Shown: one piece after another, positions 9,450 to 27,900 of the stretch
How the letters are laid out: every line of letters starts with the position of its first letter
Numbering within the stretch: the stretch's first letter is position 1
DNA from: Anolis carolinensis
Lineage: Eukaryota
Assembly: GCF_035594765.1 (NCBI RefSeq)
Contig: NW_026943819.1
Coordinates: forward strand, 17,720,703-17,784,702
Direction: 5' to 3'
Length of the DNA: 64,000 nucleotides
The notes under the pieces: model-generated
Databases searched by the model: none
What the model saw: the letters and a program-made list of their open reading frames with translations, nothing else
What the model was told of the DNA's origin: nothing
Translations under genes and position numbers: made by a program

Positions 9450-11807
9450 CTCTACACAATCTGTCCCAGTATCCCCCACTCCACCAAATTAGCTTGCTTT
9501 CTCATTTATGTTGCAAAATACTGCTCATCCTTTGTAAAAGTCGGGATTTAACTTCTAGTTCAGGTAGCCTCTGTGTGGTGGAATAGATATAGTCACCATT
9601 TTTTGCTTCAGGCTATCTCTATACAGATAGCTGCAAGGAGGCTTTATTAGGTTTCCATTCTAAAGAATCAGATTAGTGAGCTGTTTTGCAATGAAGGAAG
9701 CGGAGATTATATAGTGAAAGTCTTAGTCAGCCTAAACTGAAGATAGTCTTCCCCTTCCTTTGTTGGAAATAAGTAGCATTGAGCAATTGTGAACCTTTCA
9801 GAACCAGAGAAAGAAGAAAGAAATATACACATCATATAGTGATTCAGAACATGAACTGTGAGTTTAAAGGTTCAAAGCGCCCTTTGGGCAAGGAGGCCAC
9901 TTTGGAATAAGGCTTTACTGGGCTTAGTGGGCCTTTGTTTTGAGCTGTCATACACAACATTATGCTTTGAGTGACGTATCAATCCCAGCACTGCATGTTG
10001 CAAGAATATCTTATTTTGTCCCAGGAGTTATGGTAAAGAATTGTCTTAATTTGAGCTTTGTATTTCTGGGAACAGAGTCTTTGCAGTTTTCTACTATTTA
10101 CTTCCAGATATAAGTCAATGGTAGAAAATAATTATAATTATAATTATTATTATTTCAATCTAGGGATGGATACCTGTCAGAAATGGACTCTGACAGCCTT
10201 TTCATTTCCTTTTGTGGTTAAGGTTTATGTACCTAGACATCATAACATCCCTGTAATTGTTTGCACAGTTTAGACTCTTCTCGGGCATGTTCACTCTTCC
10301 TTGTGTCTTCTCCAGACCTTAAATTCTATTTCCTTTTTGGTATCACCAGAAGGTCATTATACAAACTATCTGCTTGCATCATTGATTTTAGTATAACTTC
10401 CTTTATTTGATTTGTTTCATGAAAATTAAAGCTACAAATTATTTCACGTTTCCATATTGTTTACCAGTGAGTTCCTTTTTTTGCATCGATCCACCTGTGA
10501 TAGAGCAAAGAGCCTATCCTAGTGCCGATTTTTTTTTTTTTTTTGCATATATCCGCCTGTGATAGAGCAAAGAGCCTATCCTAGCAGCTCAAAAACCTGG
10601 GTTGGAAGAGAAAGATTTGATCTCCTGTTCAACCAGGTCATCCCATTGGGTCACTTAAGAGGAAAGCAATGACAAACCTTCTCTGAATGATTTTCACCAA
10701 CAAAACTCTAGAATAATGTCACCGTTAAACAGAATCAAGGATATAATAATCTGTTTTGTGCCCCTGGTTCCCAGTGGTTAACTTTGTGGGACATTAGAAT
10801 TTCAAGGGATGAACCAAATGTTGACATGTACTATAATGGGGGGGGGGGTGCCTTCATAAAAGAAAAGGAGTTACACATTTGTACGGTCTGGTGAACCGTA
10901 CAATATTGGGAAAGCATCTGAGAATCTTGCAAAAACTCCAGGAAAAGATTGTTGCTTGTCAAGACAACAGGTCAAGCAGACTTTCTAGCATTAACCCTGG
11001 CTTCCTGCCACGCAAGTCGGTTTCCACCCAAATACACTTCCATCCAAATACAATCAGACCATTACTTAACTTGCCAGACCATCTCCAAAGACCTAATTGT
11101 TCCTTGGCAACGTTATGAGGAAGGGAAACTGCTCTATCCACTTAATGCCAGCCTCCTTTTGGAAATACGTTTCAGCCTATGGTTACTTGCAGATAGAGGT
11201 ATTTAGATGCAGAGTTTGAAGTAGTTAATTTTAAAGTACAGCTTCCAGAATTCCAACCCAGATTTATAACCCTAAACTCTGTTTGATCTAGATGAGCAAA
11301 AGTATCAGAGCCCGGGGACATTGTCCCTTTGGGATCCCTCTCCCAGCAAGCCTAAATACTTGTTTTCTTCTGCTGTCCTTCTCAAAAGCTTTTCTAGGTT
11401 GCAGGAGGGCATTTCTTGCAGTGGTTTAGGTGGAAAATAAAAGAAGCCGCTGTACTGTTGGCACACTCATTCAACCATTCTCGGGGCATATTTAGGGCAT
11501 GGAAGGGCTTTGGATCCCATGCCCTCAGAATGCCCTCTCTTTGCTCTTATTATTGTCAGAGTATTAGTGCAGAGCATAGCAGGAGGTGGAGGATTCTTTG
11601 CCTGCAAAGGGAAAAGAGTACATTCTTCCCTTTCTACAAAACTACAATATTGCAGCCTTGAAAACGGCAATAACGATGTTGTGAATTTAAAAAATCAAAA
11701 GAAAATGGGTTAGAATAACAATGTGTTGCCGAAGGCTTTCATGGCCAGGATCACAGGGTTGTTGTATGTTTTCCGGGCTGTATGGCCATGTTCCAGAAGT
11801 ATTCTTT

Positions 11808-11848
11808 CCTGACGTTTCGCCCACATCTATGGCAGGCATCCTCAGAGG
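11808..11848 (-). ncRNA. Minimal hammerhead ribozyme motif in Penelope fragment
   Basis: Reverse complement contains intact CTGAGGA...GAAACGTC. Confidence 0.75.
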
Positions 11849-12282
11849 TTGTGAGGTATGGAGAAACTAAGCAAGGAAGGTTTATATATATCTGTGGAAA
11901 GTCCAGGGTGAGAGAAGAACACTTGTCAGTTGGAGACCAGTGTGAATGTTGTAGTTAATCACCTAAATTAGCATTGAATAGCTTCATCTCTTGGCTTCTT
12001 CCTGCCTGGGGGCATCCTTTGTTTAGAGTCGTTACCTGCCCCTGGTTGATTCATGTCTGGAACTCCTCTGTTTTCAGAGTGTTGCTTCCTATTTACTGTT
12101 CTGATTTTTGAATTTTTTTAATATTGGTAGCCAGATTTTGTTCATTTTCATGGTTTCCTCCTTTCTGTTGAAGTTGTCCACATTGAAATCCACAAGCATG
12201 TGGACAGCTTCAACAGAAAGGAGGAAACCATGAAAATGAACAAAATCTGGCTCCCTTGCTTAGTTTCTCCATACCTCACATA

Positions 12283-12323
12283 CTTCTGAGGATGCCTGCC
12301 ATAGATGTGGGTGAAACGTCAGG
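12283..12323 (+). ncRNA. Minimal hammerhead ribozyme motif (sense to FAM118B pre-mRNA)
   Basis: CTT-CTGAGGA...GAAACGTC-AGG with intact cores. Confidence 0.7.
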
Positions 12324-12343
12324 AGAAAATACTTCTGGAACAT

Positions 12344-12677
12344 GCGCCCCTGGTGGTGGCGCAGTGTGTTAAAGCACCGAGCTGCTGAACTTGCAGACTG
12401 AAAGGTCCCAGGTTCAAATCCCGGGAGCGGAATGAGCGCCTGCTGTTAGCCCCAGCTCCTGCCAACCTAGCAGTTCGAAAACATGCAAATGTGAGTAGAT
12501 CAATAGGTACCGCTCTGGCGGGAAGGTAACGGCACTCCATGCAGTCATGCCGGCCACATGACCTTGGAGGTGTCTACAGACAACGCTGGCTCTTTGGCTT
12601 AGAAATGGAGATGAGCACCAACCCCCAGAGTCGGTCACGACTGGACTTAACGTCAGGGGAAACCTTTACCTTTACCT
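12344..12677 (+). mobile_element. Sauria SINE (full length)
   Basis: GGTGGCGCAGTG A box, GGTTCAAATCCC B box, ACCTTTACCTTTACCT tail. Confidence 0.9.
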
Positions 12678-13369
12678 ATGGCCATACAGCCCGGAAAACA
12701 TACAACAACCCGGTTAGAATAACAACCAGTAAAAAAGGATTTAAAACTTTATTCCTGGAACAGAATGCTCACTTGAATAAAACTAACTTGACGGCCTTTG
12801 TACCAAGTCAGAAGGTTCACGTGAGAGAAGGACAATCCCCGTGGAGCAATTTTGTAAGCTTTTTGAACTATTGCAAGCTAAAGAATGTCTCTAGCTGGTT
12901 CGTCAAGTTATTACGGCAGAAGAACAGAGGAAACATTTTCCTCAAAGAGACTTTCTTCCTTCTATGTTTATTTTTGTTGTTGAATGGTCTACTGACTAGA
13001 AAACTTCCTCCCCCTTCCCTGCTCCCATCTGTTGAGTCAAGGAGTCGGCAAAGACTGTCTGGGAAGCGTCTTGTTCTCACGCAACCCATTTCCCGTTCAC
13101 CGCTTCCTTGGAGAGCAGCCCATTCTCCTCTACTGCACAAGTTGGAGACTTAACTCTCTTGACTTCAGAATTAAGAGTGTCTTAGCAGCAGTAATCCTTG
13201 GCCAATAATAGCCTGTCTGCTCAGTGGCCGGTTGTGAAGAGGGCAAGAGTCTTGTCCTTTGGGCAACTATTCAGAAGGGGAGGGAAGGGGATTTGGCCAT
13301 GTGCGACTTATTATAGTCTTGGGCTGTATGGGCAGCAGAGTCACAGGATGGAATAGCACTCTGGTCACT

Positions 13370-13490
13370 TCAGGATAGTACTTGGATGGGAGACCACCAA
13401 TGGATCCCAGGTGCTGCAGACTATTTTTCAGAGGAGGGAATTGGCAAAACCACCTTCTGAATAGTCCTTGCCTGAGAAAACCTTATGAGA
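13370..13490 (+). mobile_element. 5S rRNA-derived SINE remnant
   Basis: TAGTACTTGGATGGGAGACCACC...CCAGGTGCTG resembles the 3' half of 5S rRNA, followed by GGCAAAACCACC..GAAAACC tail. Confidence 0.6.
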
Positions 13491-13518
13491 TCTTTCAATT
13501 TGCTGGAAATGTCTAATT

Positions 13519-13836
13519 CAGGGGTCCCCAAACTAAGGCCCGGGGGCCACATGCGGCCCATCGAAGCCCTTTATCCGGCCCCCATGACAACGGCTCCCTC
13601 CTCCTCTGCCTTTCCTGTCTCCTCCCTCACCTGTTGCGTGCCTTCCAAAGCTTTGCTTGTTTATAATGATATTTTTATTATTATTTAATTAATAATTTAC
13701 TAAGGGGTGCTTTGCCAGTGCTTTTGGTACACAAAGGCAAAAGGGGGTTAGACTAAATGGCCCAAGGGATCTTTTCCAAACCTCTTTATTATTATTATTA
13801 TTATTGGCACAAAGACACAGTATAACACAGCAAACA

Positions 13837-13896
<60 letters not shown>

Positions 13897-13953
13897 GATT
13901 TCATCCCACAAAATCACAAGTTAGACACTTCCCCGGTGTTTAGGACTGTGTGA

Positions 13954-13989
<36 letters not shown>

Positions 13990-14307
13990 AACAACATTGA
14001 GGCTGGGTGACCATCTGTCAGGGGTGCTTTGCTTGTGCTTTTGGTACACAAATGTAGAAGGGGGTTGGACAAGATGGCCCAAGGTGTCTCTTCCAACCCT
14101 CTTTATTATTTTTATTATGATTATGATTATTAACAACATTGAGGCTGTATTTCTTCCCGTTTGGTTTTTTTAAACTTCAAAATAAGAGATGTGCAGTGTG
14201 TATAGGAATTTGTTTATAGGGGGGTTTTTTTTCAACTATAGTCCGACCCTCCAATGGTCTGAGGCACTGTGAACTGGCCCCCTGTTTAAAAAGTTTGGGG
14301 ACCCCTG
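13519..14307. mobile_element. OC1/Charlie-like hAT MITE containing microsatellites and CR1-like 3' pieces
   Basis: TIR CAGGGGTCCCCAAACT...AGTTTGGGGACCCCTG; TSD GTCTAATT at 13511-13518 and 14308-14315. Confidence 0.85.
13839..13988. repeat. (AT)n(AC)n and (GAT)n microsatellites
   Basis: Direct reading. Confidence 0.9.
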
Positions 14308-14739
14308 GTCTAATTGATAAATAGCAACAAGAAGGAGAATCAGTTCTGTGCGGGCTTTCAGTGATGAGTCTGTCTTTGGCAAAAATCAAGTAAAGTAGAC
14401 AGTATCAGTTTGTTTTTAGGGACAGTACGACTTTTAAAGCCCCGTACAGTTTGGGTCCAGGTTATCTGAAGAAACATGCTCTTCCATATGGTATTTTCAA
14501 CCTTTGTCTTTGTTTTGTTTTTCTGTAGGGGTGACTCTTTTAACTGCTATAAGCTACTTTGAGCCCCAGACTGGGGAAAGGCATGATATAAATAAATACA
14601 ATAATAGTAATGTCAGTACAGTGTGCCTTTGATATCCACTCAAGTTCCAGGACCTGCATAAATACCAAAATCCATGGTTGATCTAGTGTGATTATATACA
14701 ATGGTGTAGCAAAATGGAAAAATCAAGCTTTGCATTTTG

Positions 14740-14951
14740 GGGCCTGGCTGTGGCACAGACTGGTAAGCAGCCTGCTGCAATAAATCACTCTGACCATGAG
14801 GTCATGAGTTCGAGGCCAGCCCGTGGCGGGGTGAGCACCCGTCAATTAAAAATAAAAAATAGCCCCTGCTCATGCTGACCTAGCAACCAGAAAGATAGTT
14901 GCATCTATCAAGTAGGAAATAAGGTACCACTTATAAAGTGGGGAGGCAAAT

Positions 14952-14998
<47 letters not shown>

Positions 14999-15400
14999 TT
15001 TATTTTTATACCCCGCCTCATCTCCCTGAAGGGACTCAGGGCGGCTTACATGGGGCCAAGCCCGAACATCAACAATATAAAACAAAGCAAAAAATAAATG
15101 AATCAACAACAACAATAAAACAATAAAACTAATTTAACATTGTAAATTTAACTAATTTACAACGTTGGAATGAGGAAGTGCCGTCAGAGTGGATGATGAA
15201 GCAGCTCCTCTCCCCTGTGGCCAGAATCGAACATCCCCTCAGGAGAAGGTTAAATTGCCTCTGCGTCTGTCTGTCTCTGTCTCGGTTCTATGTATATATG
15301 GGCATTAAATGTTTGCCCTATATGTATATAATGTGATCCGCCCTGAGTCCCCTTCGGGGTGAGAAGGGCGGAATATAAATACTGTAAATAAATAAATAAA
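14740..15400 (+). mobile_element. tRNA-derived SINE with L2-type 3' tail, interrupted by an inverted L2 3' fragment (~14956-15143)
   Basis: GGCTGTGGC..GAGTTCGAGGCC head and CCGCCCTGAGTCCCCTTCGGGGTGAGAAGGGCGG..(TAAA)n tail; same family at 1-152, 790-1010 and 6471-6700. Confidence 0.75.
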
Positions 15401-15639
15401 TGCTCTATACACACACACACACATTTGTCATTAATACAGAAACCATTAATATGGAAGGCCAATGGTAGCAATAGTGTTCAGGTTTCCTAGACGAATTCCA
15501 GTCAATGGATGAGGTGATGAGGGAGTTAGTGACCTTCAATGTTTCTTCTTTTATGATAAACTTTGGGAATTTTATTTTGCTCAGGATGCACCGTTGTGTC
15601 AGCTTTCACCTGAGATCTTTTATTTTCTTTAGAAACTGG

Positions 15640-20702
<5,063 letters not shown>

Positions 20703-22126
20703 TGCTCAAAAGCCCCTAAGGTCAGCTGGAAAGACAAGTCTTGTTAAGCTGTAAGTTACCATTGACATGGACATTCATAATGGCTCAAGACTTAACAGGT
20801 TGTATCTTGGAAAACATGGAAGTTCCTTAAAAAGGACGTCATAGATGCCTCTTTTAAAAACACGTCACATTACAGGGGCCCATCTGATGCCAGCAGAAGT
20901 GAGCCGTGGTTGTAATTAGTTACTTCTTACTCCAGATTGACAAAGATGGATTTGAAGGGGAAGTTATTTTTAAAGGGAATATCTTTGTACTGCAATTTAA
21001 CTTGGCATGAGTAAAGGACTTGGTCAGGCATAAATGAAGAAAGTTGTTGGCAGCTAATGTCAGCTTAAACAGATATGATAAGGATATCCTTGCAGAGTGA
21101 TGCTTAGCAAGTTTGCATCCAATGGGACAGAAGAGATACTACTCCAGGCTAGTAACTCAGTTAACTGACCAACTGGGTTCAGAAACAGGAAGCACAAGTG
21201 ACTTTGGTGGCTCTTGTCCTCTGATGGCTGCAACATGTCCACCATAGAAAGGCCCCTAAGGCTTATTTGCATCAGAGGATGTGGTTTTTATCTGGGATGT
21301 AGCAAATAACCATGCAAAATAATTCAATAGAAATTGCATGTCCCTTCATGATGCTGTTTAGCCTTCCATCCATCACCCATCTGCATGATTGAATATCTGA
21401 AGTCTTTCTTAGAATATTGTTCCACAGATCCAACAATAAATGAAGGTTATTTTTGTTGAAGGTTGACGTGGAAATATAGAGTATGGTTAAGTCTCTGTGC
21501 AGTTAGCAAGGGGTTCTTCCATGAGCGAGTTTATGTGCCTTTTTCAAGCATCCCTTTTCCAAGACCTGCTTGTCTCCCTTTTAATCTGATGTTTTGATAT
21601 CAACCCTCCACCCAGAGGTCCACAGGTTTTGTTAGGATGTCTCCTATTGCCTTTGGATTTAAGGCCAGTGCCCTTAGATCACTTCTGAAGCTACTAACTC
21701 GGTTCAAGGCAAGATCACAAAGCACTTCATCTGCAGCTTTACTGGTTAGCTCGTGCCTGAAATGCAATGCAAGAAGTTGGCAGCTTCAAGCGAGACATAT
21801 CATTCTCGAGGCCACTCGGAGAACTAAAATCAAGCAAATATTTTCTTGGCACCTTGTTCTTGTGAGGGCCTATCTTGTTTTCTTGCTCTTCTGAAACAAA
21901 TGATTTGAAGAACTTGACCCTGCACTTCTTGGACCCTTCTAATGTTGGACATGAGGATTGTCTTATCAGTGTGATGTTTTCTATTTAAGGCTGTATGTAC
22001 AGAGAGATCCATCTTCTCCCTTTATGGAAGAGTTTGCTACTAGTGCTTTTTGTATTCTGCAAGACTGAAACATGAGTGTTTTAAAAATTACCTTTTTAAA
22101 ATCTTGTTTTATATGTTAGAAGCTGT

Positions 22127-22132
22127 AATAAA
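22127..22132 (+). terminator. Probable FAM118B polyadenylation signal AATAAA
   Basis: AATAAA about 1.4 kb after the stop, preceded by a U-rich 3'UTR-like tract; an alternative AATAAA lies near 21435. Confidence 0.5.
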
Positions 22133-23375
22133 ATAATGCTTTTAGACAGATTCATGACTGCACACCAGTGTATGTGAATGCAAGTATAGCTTAGATGTGA
22201 ATACCAGGAGCTGGTGATGGCTGCTAGCTGCATATTCTACACGTGGAAACAATGACACTCCATTAAGGGGAATCTAAGTCAACTTTAGCTGCAGGGTCCA
22301 TATTGAAAAGAAACGAAGCATTTTACTAAACTTCAAAACCCAGAAGTCTGTAGGAGAGAGCTGTGGCATAATGTAGATACTTGTGGAAAGTATTTTGTGG
22401 TAGGAATTATCAGAAACACACACTCATAGTATCTGTTTTTCATACATTTCTTCCCCTTCCTCTAGTGGAAAAAAACTAAACCCATTTCTGCTTCAGACCC
22501 TTCTTCGCTTTGAACTGTGGCTGACTGCAACCATGCTTAACTTGTTTAATTGTAACCAAGTAATGATGGTTTGATGTTGGCTTGTCTTACACCATCCACA
22601 GATCATGTTGTCCAGTTTGGTGGCTTAGATGATGCCAAGCCATGTTTAAAACAAAGGCTTAGGAGGAATCTCCTTTCCTGTAATTTCCAGAGTCCTAGTC
22701 TCCAGGGCAGCAGAAAGGAAGCCTGCTCCCTCTTCCTTATGGCACCTTTTCAGATATTTAAACATGGCTGTCATGTCTCCTCTGAAGGATAAACAGACCC
22801 AATTCTTTAAGCTGCTCCTCAGAGGAATTATTCATGGTTTCCAGACTTTTGCTCCTTCCTTCCTTTGTACAGATGCAGAGAATACTAGGAGAAAAGAAAG
22901 CTACCAGCCTGTTTTAGTGAGTGCTATATAGCCCAGCTTCTGTAAGCCACAGTGGACCCTGTGAATCTTCAGAAAAAACAAAACGGTAATTGATCTTTCA
23001 AACAAGGTCCATATGCTTTATGTGCCTTGTTTCAAAATGGCTTATGGCCACTAGAAACATTTTATTTCCAGCCAGAATACTTCGGTGAAGGTGAGAAGAA
23101 ACCATGTGGGTGCCACAAGGGGAAGGTTCCCATAGCCTATAGATCACCTGCTCCATTATTTTGTGAAGTTTGAGATACATTATATTTCAGTACAACTCCT
23201 CTGCAACTGTACATTGAAGGAAAGGTTAGCAGACAAACTGCATACTTAAAAACATTAGCTGTCATTAACGGTATTGTGGAAGAAATGAAAAGAATTCAGT
23301 AGCCTATTTCTTTCTAGTCCTCTGGCTTCTTACTGTTGCAAAGAGGAACTCGGTGGTTTTTTTTCTTAAATAAAT

Positions 23376-23381
23376 TTTATT
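23376..23381 (-). terminator. Probable SRPRA polyadenylation signal (AATAAA on minus strand)
   Basis: TTTATT on the + strand about 1.5 kb downstream of the SRPRA stop, in an AT-rich context. Confidence 0.5.
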
Positions 23382-24907
23382 ATATAAATTACTTTTTAGC
23401 AGACAGCATTCAACTTATTGCACTACAGCACATCTGCAATACCGAGCTACAAGACATCCTCGTAAGAGTTTTGTATTATTCAACATAGCACTTTATACCA
23501 GGATCAAGAGGCACTCTGAAGGGAGGGGGAAGTGGACAGCAGAAAAGCAGCAAGCGGCCACCAGCATTATTACTCCTACCAGAAAATCCCTTTCGCGTGC
23601 TGGTTTCATAGGGGAAAAGCCAGCACATTTACGCAAGTCAAGACTTCTGTGGGCTAGGCTTACTTTGACTTCTGTTGATTGGGTAGGAAAGGCTAAGAGG
23701 TGAGGCAGTGAGAGACTGAAACATATCCTCTGTCAATAAGGAAGGGAGGGTCATTTAAGCATTGCCCACTCTTTGATGTAATATGCTTATTGATAAGAGT
23801 CAAAATGAATTCACATAACTAGTTCTTTCTATATCCAGACTGGGTTTTTTCCTTGTTTGCATGAGGAGGGAGAAGGGTTAAGGGGGTTGTTTGCAGCATT
23901 GCGTACCCCATGCTTCAGCATTGCCGATGCAGCTTGGGTGTATATCATTGTGCAAAATTACAGCATGTGCACCAGCAGGGAAGTTCAACACAAACAGGGT
24001 CTGATATTTGTGCAATGATTTTCAAGCAGTGGTCTGTATATAGCACCTCAAAATGCAACAAAAGCAGCTTTTTCTCCGATGAACTGTAATTAGAAATCAG
24101 GAATGGCCTTGGTTTGCAACTCTGTGAAAAGGCCCCACAGTGCCCTGCAACCGTTGCATAACCAAGGGCCTGGGGCAACGCCTGGCAAGCCCTGCTGTGA
24201 AAAGTCCAGATAGGTGGGCTTCTTTAAGGCATCCTTAGCCTGCCCCTCTGGAAGCAGCAGGTCTCAGCTTTATTTTGGGGAAGAGTTGGAAAGCCTTTGA
24301 TCAAAGCAAGCTGCAAGGCCGAAGCTTGACTTGCTAAAGTATCACCAAAGCTGCATCTCTCCCATCCTACTAGAAAACAGCCTGTTTGTCATGGCAACAC
24401 CTAACCATGCTTTGCCACTAAAACATAATCTAGAATGGCTCCGTGAGCTCACTGAGTTTTAAACAATGCAGAGGTAGAGCAGCCCCCCTCCTCCCAAAGT
24501 CTGATGACACCCATTAACCTGGGATGAGCAATACAAAGCTGAGGGCTTGAACAGTGTGCCAAGGAGGCAGAATGAAGGAAGACAGGAAAGAGGGCCAACC
24601 GACCGGAGGACAATAGGGACAGCAAATTCTAAAGCTAGAAAAAGACTTTTCCTTCCTCAAAACCTTTCAGAGCATGAGGCTAATTTCAAAGAGGTGGAAC
24701 AGAATTAAACCTGCACATTACATAAGAGGAAGTTATGTGTATTGATGAAACCAAGACAAAGATGAAAAGACGGGTAAAACAGCCCCTTCTAGCATCCCTT
24801 CATTCTGTGTCACACTATGAGAAAATAGAAAAGTGCTAAGACAGTCACATTGGAAAAGCACATTCTGAGATATCTGCAGACAGGAATTTGGTGCAATAAC
24901 TGGTGGT

Positions 24908-27900
24908 TTAAGCTTTCATGAGAGCAGCAACCACAGCCTTGGCATTAAGGCTACGCAGGTCACAGTAGGTTTGTCCGGTACCCACAAACACAATGGGCTT
25001 ACTAGTGATGTACGTCATGGAGATGGCAGCACCAACCTAAGATGGAGAGAAGAGCACTCCTTAGGAACAAATGAAATGGCTTAGTTCACTAGGCATTAAT
25101 CTGTCCTTTAAAAAAATACTGATGTACTTTGTGGCTAATCAGATTACTATGAAAAATGTTTTAGTCACATATTTTATGTATACATTGCTTTTCACATCCT
25201 CTCAAAAAAAGCGAATACAATTGCACGTTTACCTTGTCATCAATCGTGTCAAATTTGGTGAGTACTATTCCATCAATGAGGCGCGGGGTCTGAGCCATAG
25301 AGTGATCAGCAAGGGCCTTGTTGAACTTGACCTGAGGTTGAAGAAGATAAAAAATACTCTCGGTGAAATATTCACCAACACTGTGCTGTGAAATATTCTA
25401 CAAATAATAATAATAATAATAATTTTATTTTTGTACCCCGCCACCATCTCCCCAGAGGGACTCGGGGCGGCTTACAGATATAAAACCAACATACAATAAT
25501 ATCAAATACAAAAACACACAAATAAATTTAAAAGGCATTAAAAATCACAATCATTATAAAACACTTGAGAAACACAGCAATAAAAACATAAAATGAGCTG
25601 GGCAAAGTGCACTGAGTGGAACTTGTAAACAAGAAGGAAGTTAAGGTGCTACAAGGTCATGGGAAGAGCCTTAGACTGGGGTGAACACTGAGGCTATGTC
25701 AAGGAGTTAACAAAGAGGTACAACTGGTCAGAAGAGACCGCTAGTACAAGGGTTTAGTATACAGTGGGCGGTACTTCTTCAAAGGCCTGTTTGAAGAGAC
25801 AGGTTTTCAGGCTCTTCCTGAACACTTCCAAGGTGGAAGGAACCCCAAACACAATCTAAAGCAGGTTTCTTCAACCTGTGGCACTCCAGATGTTTTGGAT
25901 TTCAATTCCCAGAATTCCTGACCACTTAACAAGCTGGAAAGGGCTTCTGGGAGTTGGAGGCCCAAACACCTGGAGGGCTGCAGGTTGAAGAGGCCTAATC
26001 TAAAGCAATGCCCTTCTAATGCAAGAATCCACAGCTAAAGCAATCAAACATCCAATTCCCTTCCCCTGTAACACAGATAACTACATTAATACGTAGATTT
26101 AAAATTATTGTTGGATTTTGCATTCCCAGAAAAAAATGCCTATGTCCCTATCTTTATCCCACCCCAACCTTCAAAAAGGACAAAAAATGTTTTTCATGAG
26201 CAAGGAGTTCTGACAAGCAAAACATGTCACTTCTGCTCAGTGGAATATGAATTCAGTGGTGAGCCTTTGGCAATCCACACCACTAACCCATGTACCCGGA
26301 GCGTGCATTTGTTACTCATTCTGGTTATATGAGAACTATGTGAATCAGTCCATATGGAAAGGGATGGTTTACCACCTCGTGTTTGCATTTCAAAAACTAG
26401 AAAGGCTGAGGAACTCACCAGCTGATCCACAGCTTCGTTTCCCACCAAGGCTTCTCCCACAAACAGGACAAGGTCAGGGGTGTTGACTGCAATGAGTTTG
26501 GCTAGAGCTGTCATCAAAGGGGCATTGTCCTGCATTCGGCCAGCTGTGTCCACCAAGACCACATCAAAACCTTGGTTTCGTGCTAAGAAACAGATGGATA
26601 AAGTAGCAATTTAACCAGGGATAATAAAAGACTTCTGGCAAGAATGGGAACATATTGAAATTTATAGCTGGCTTTCTCCTATGAAACAGCATCAACAAAG
26701 ACCCCAAAAGTGTTTCTTGCAAACATAGATTATCATCATGCGTTTTTCCAACAGAATCTAAATCCAGGGTATTTGGAGTTTCCACATAACATATTCACCT
26801 TGATGCATACTGTTTGCAGCACCAAGATCATAATAGTACTCAGCTTCTTATATTTTGCACAAAAGCAGTACTCACTAATGTAATTTCACAAAAAGCAAAA
26901 TTCTTCAATTGAAATTTGGCAGCTGAAATAGGACTGTAATTTATTAGTTCTGCTGACCACACATTATGCACAACATCTAAGCAGTGCTTACAACCTATCT
27001 GGAAGTCCCTTTCAGTTCCCTCTTATGGCTGGTCAGACACCGTTCCAAACCACAATAGAAGAACATGGAGGAATGAGACATAGGTGTGGGAAGGGATTCG
27101 CATCTCTCACGTCTATTCTGTTTCTTTAGCTTTTTGCAGCCTGGGAAAGGAGCGTATCCAACGCCAAGAGAGAGGCCTTACCATACAGAATGGCCTCCAT
27201 GGCAATGCCCGCAGCATCCTTTCCATATCCCTTCTCGTAGAGCTGGACCATGACGCGGCCGCTGTGATTCTCTGGAGGATGCAAAGCATTCAGGCGGCGG
27301 GTGTGAGTCCGCAGCTGCTCCACGGCTCCAGCTCGAAATGTATCACAGGCAGCAATCAGGACACTAAACCCGTTTTCAATGAGCCAAAATGAAATCTGAG
27401 GAAGAAGAGGAAGAATGTTTCCATAAAGAAATCCAACTGACCTATGGCCCTCTGCATATTGTCTCCCATTTCCTTTTAGTCACTGCAAGCATTGCCAAAG
27501 ATGAGGGATATAATTCATAAAGATATAAAAGGGAATTATTAAAAATAGATGCCAAAAGGAGTGATAACATCCAGTAGATTTTGGCTTGATTTTCAAATTG
27601 TAGTTACCTTTAAGGTCTGCTTATAATAATGTGATGTGGAAAAAAGACTCTGGATGTGGAAAAGAAACATGATTCTATTATTGAAAATAGGCCAAGATGT
27701 TTTAGTCTGGAAATGTTCTCATGAATAAGTGGGGAAAAAACATGCTGAGACAAAGAAAATATCTCAGGGGTGCCACCTATGTAATTATTGGAATACTGTA
27801 GAAGTTAAGATTTTAGTGAGAATCTATGGGTTGACTACTTTTTTTTCCTAAGATGAAAGTGGGCCACTAGCTGCCAAAGTTAAAATATGCAGTACTGAAG

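Larger units (their letters stand above)
11722..12711. mobile_element. Short Penelope insertion with fold-back structure, interrupted by a Sauria SINE
   Basis: TSD GGTTAGAATAACAA at 11708-11721 and 12712-12725; minus arm to ~12183, then inverted plus-strand pieces. Confidence 0.85.

Noticed and set aside
12344-12430. tRNA gene-like A/B boxes (also ~19160-19235, ~800-870, ~63450-63520)
   Set aside because: These are heads of SINEs with recognisable bodies, tails and in several cases TSDs; I could not form a complete cloverleaf.
12539-13153. 204-aa ORF
   Set aside because: It starts inside a Sauria SINE, runs through a Penelope end into intronic DNA, and has no recognisable domain.
22100-23400. 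Overlapping 3' ends of FAM118B and SRPRA
   Set aside because: The best poly(A) signals are about 1.2 kb apart, so overlap cannot be supported from sequence alone.
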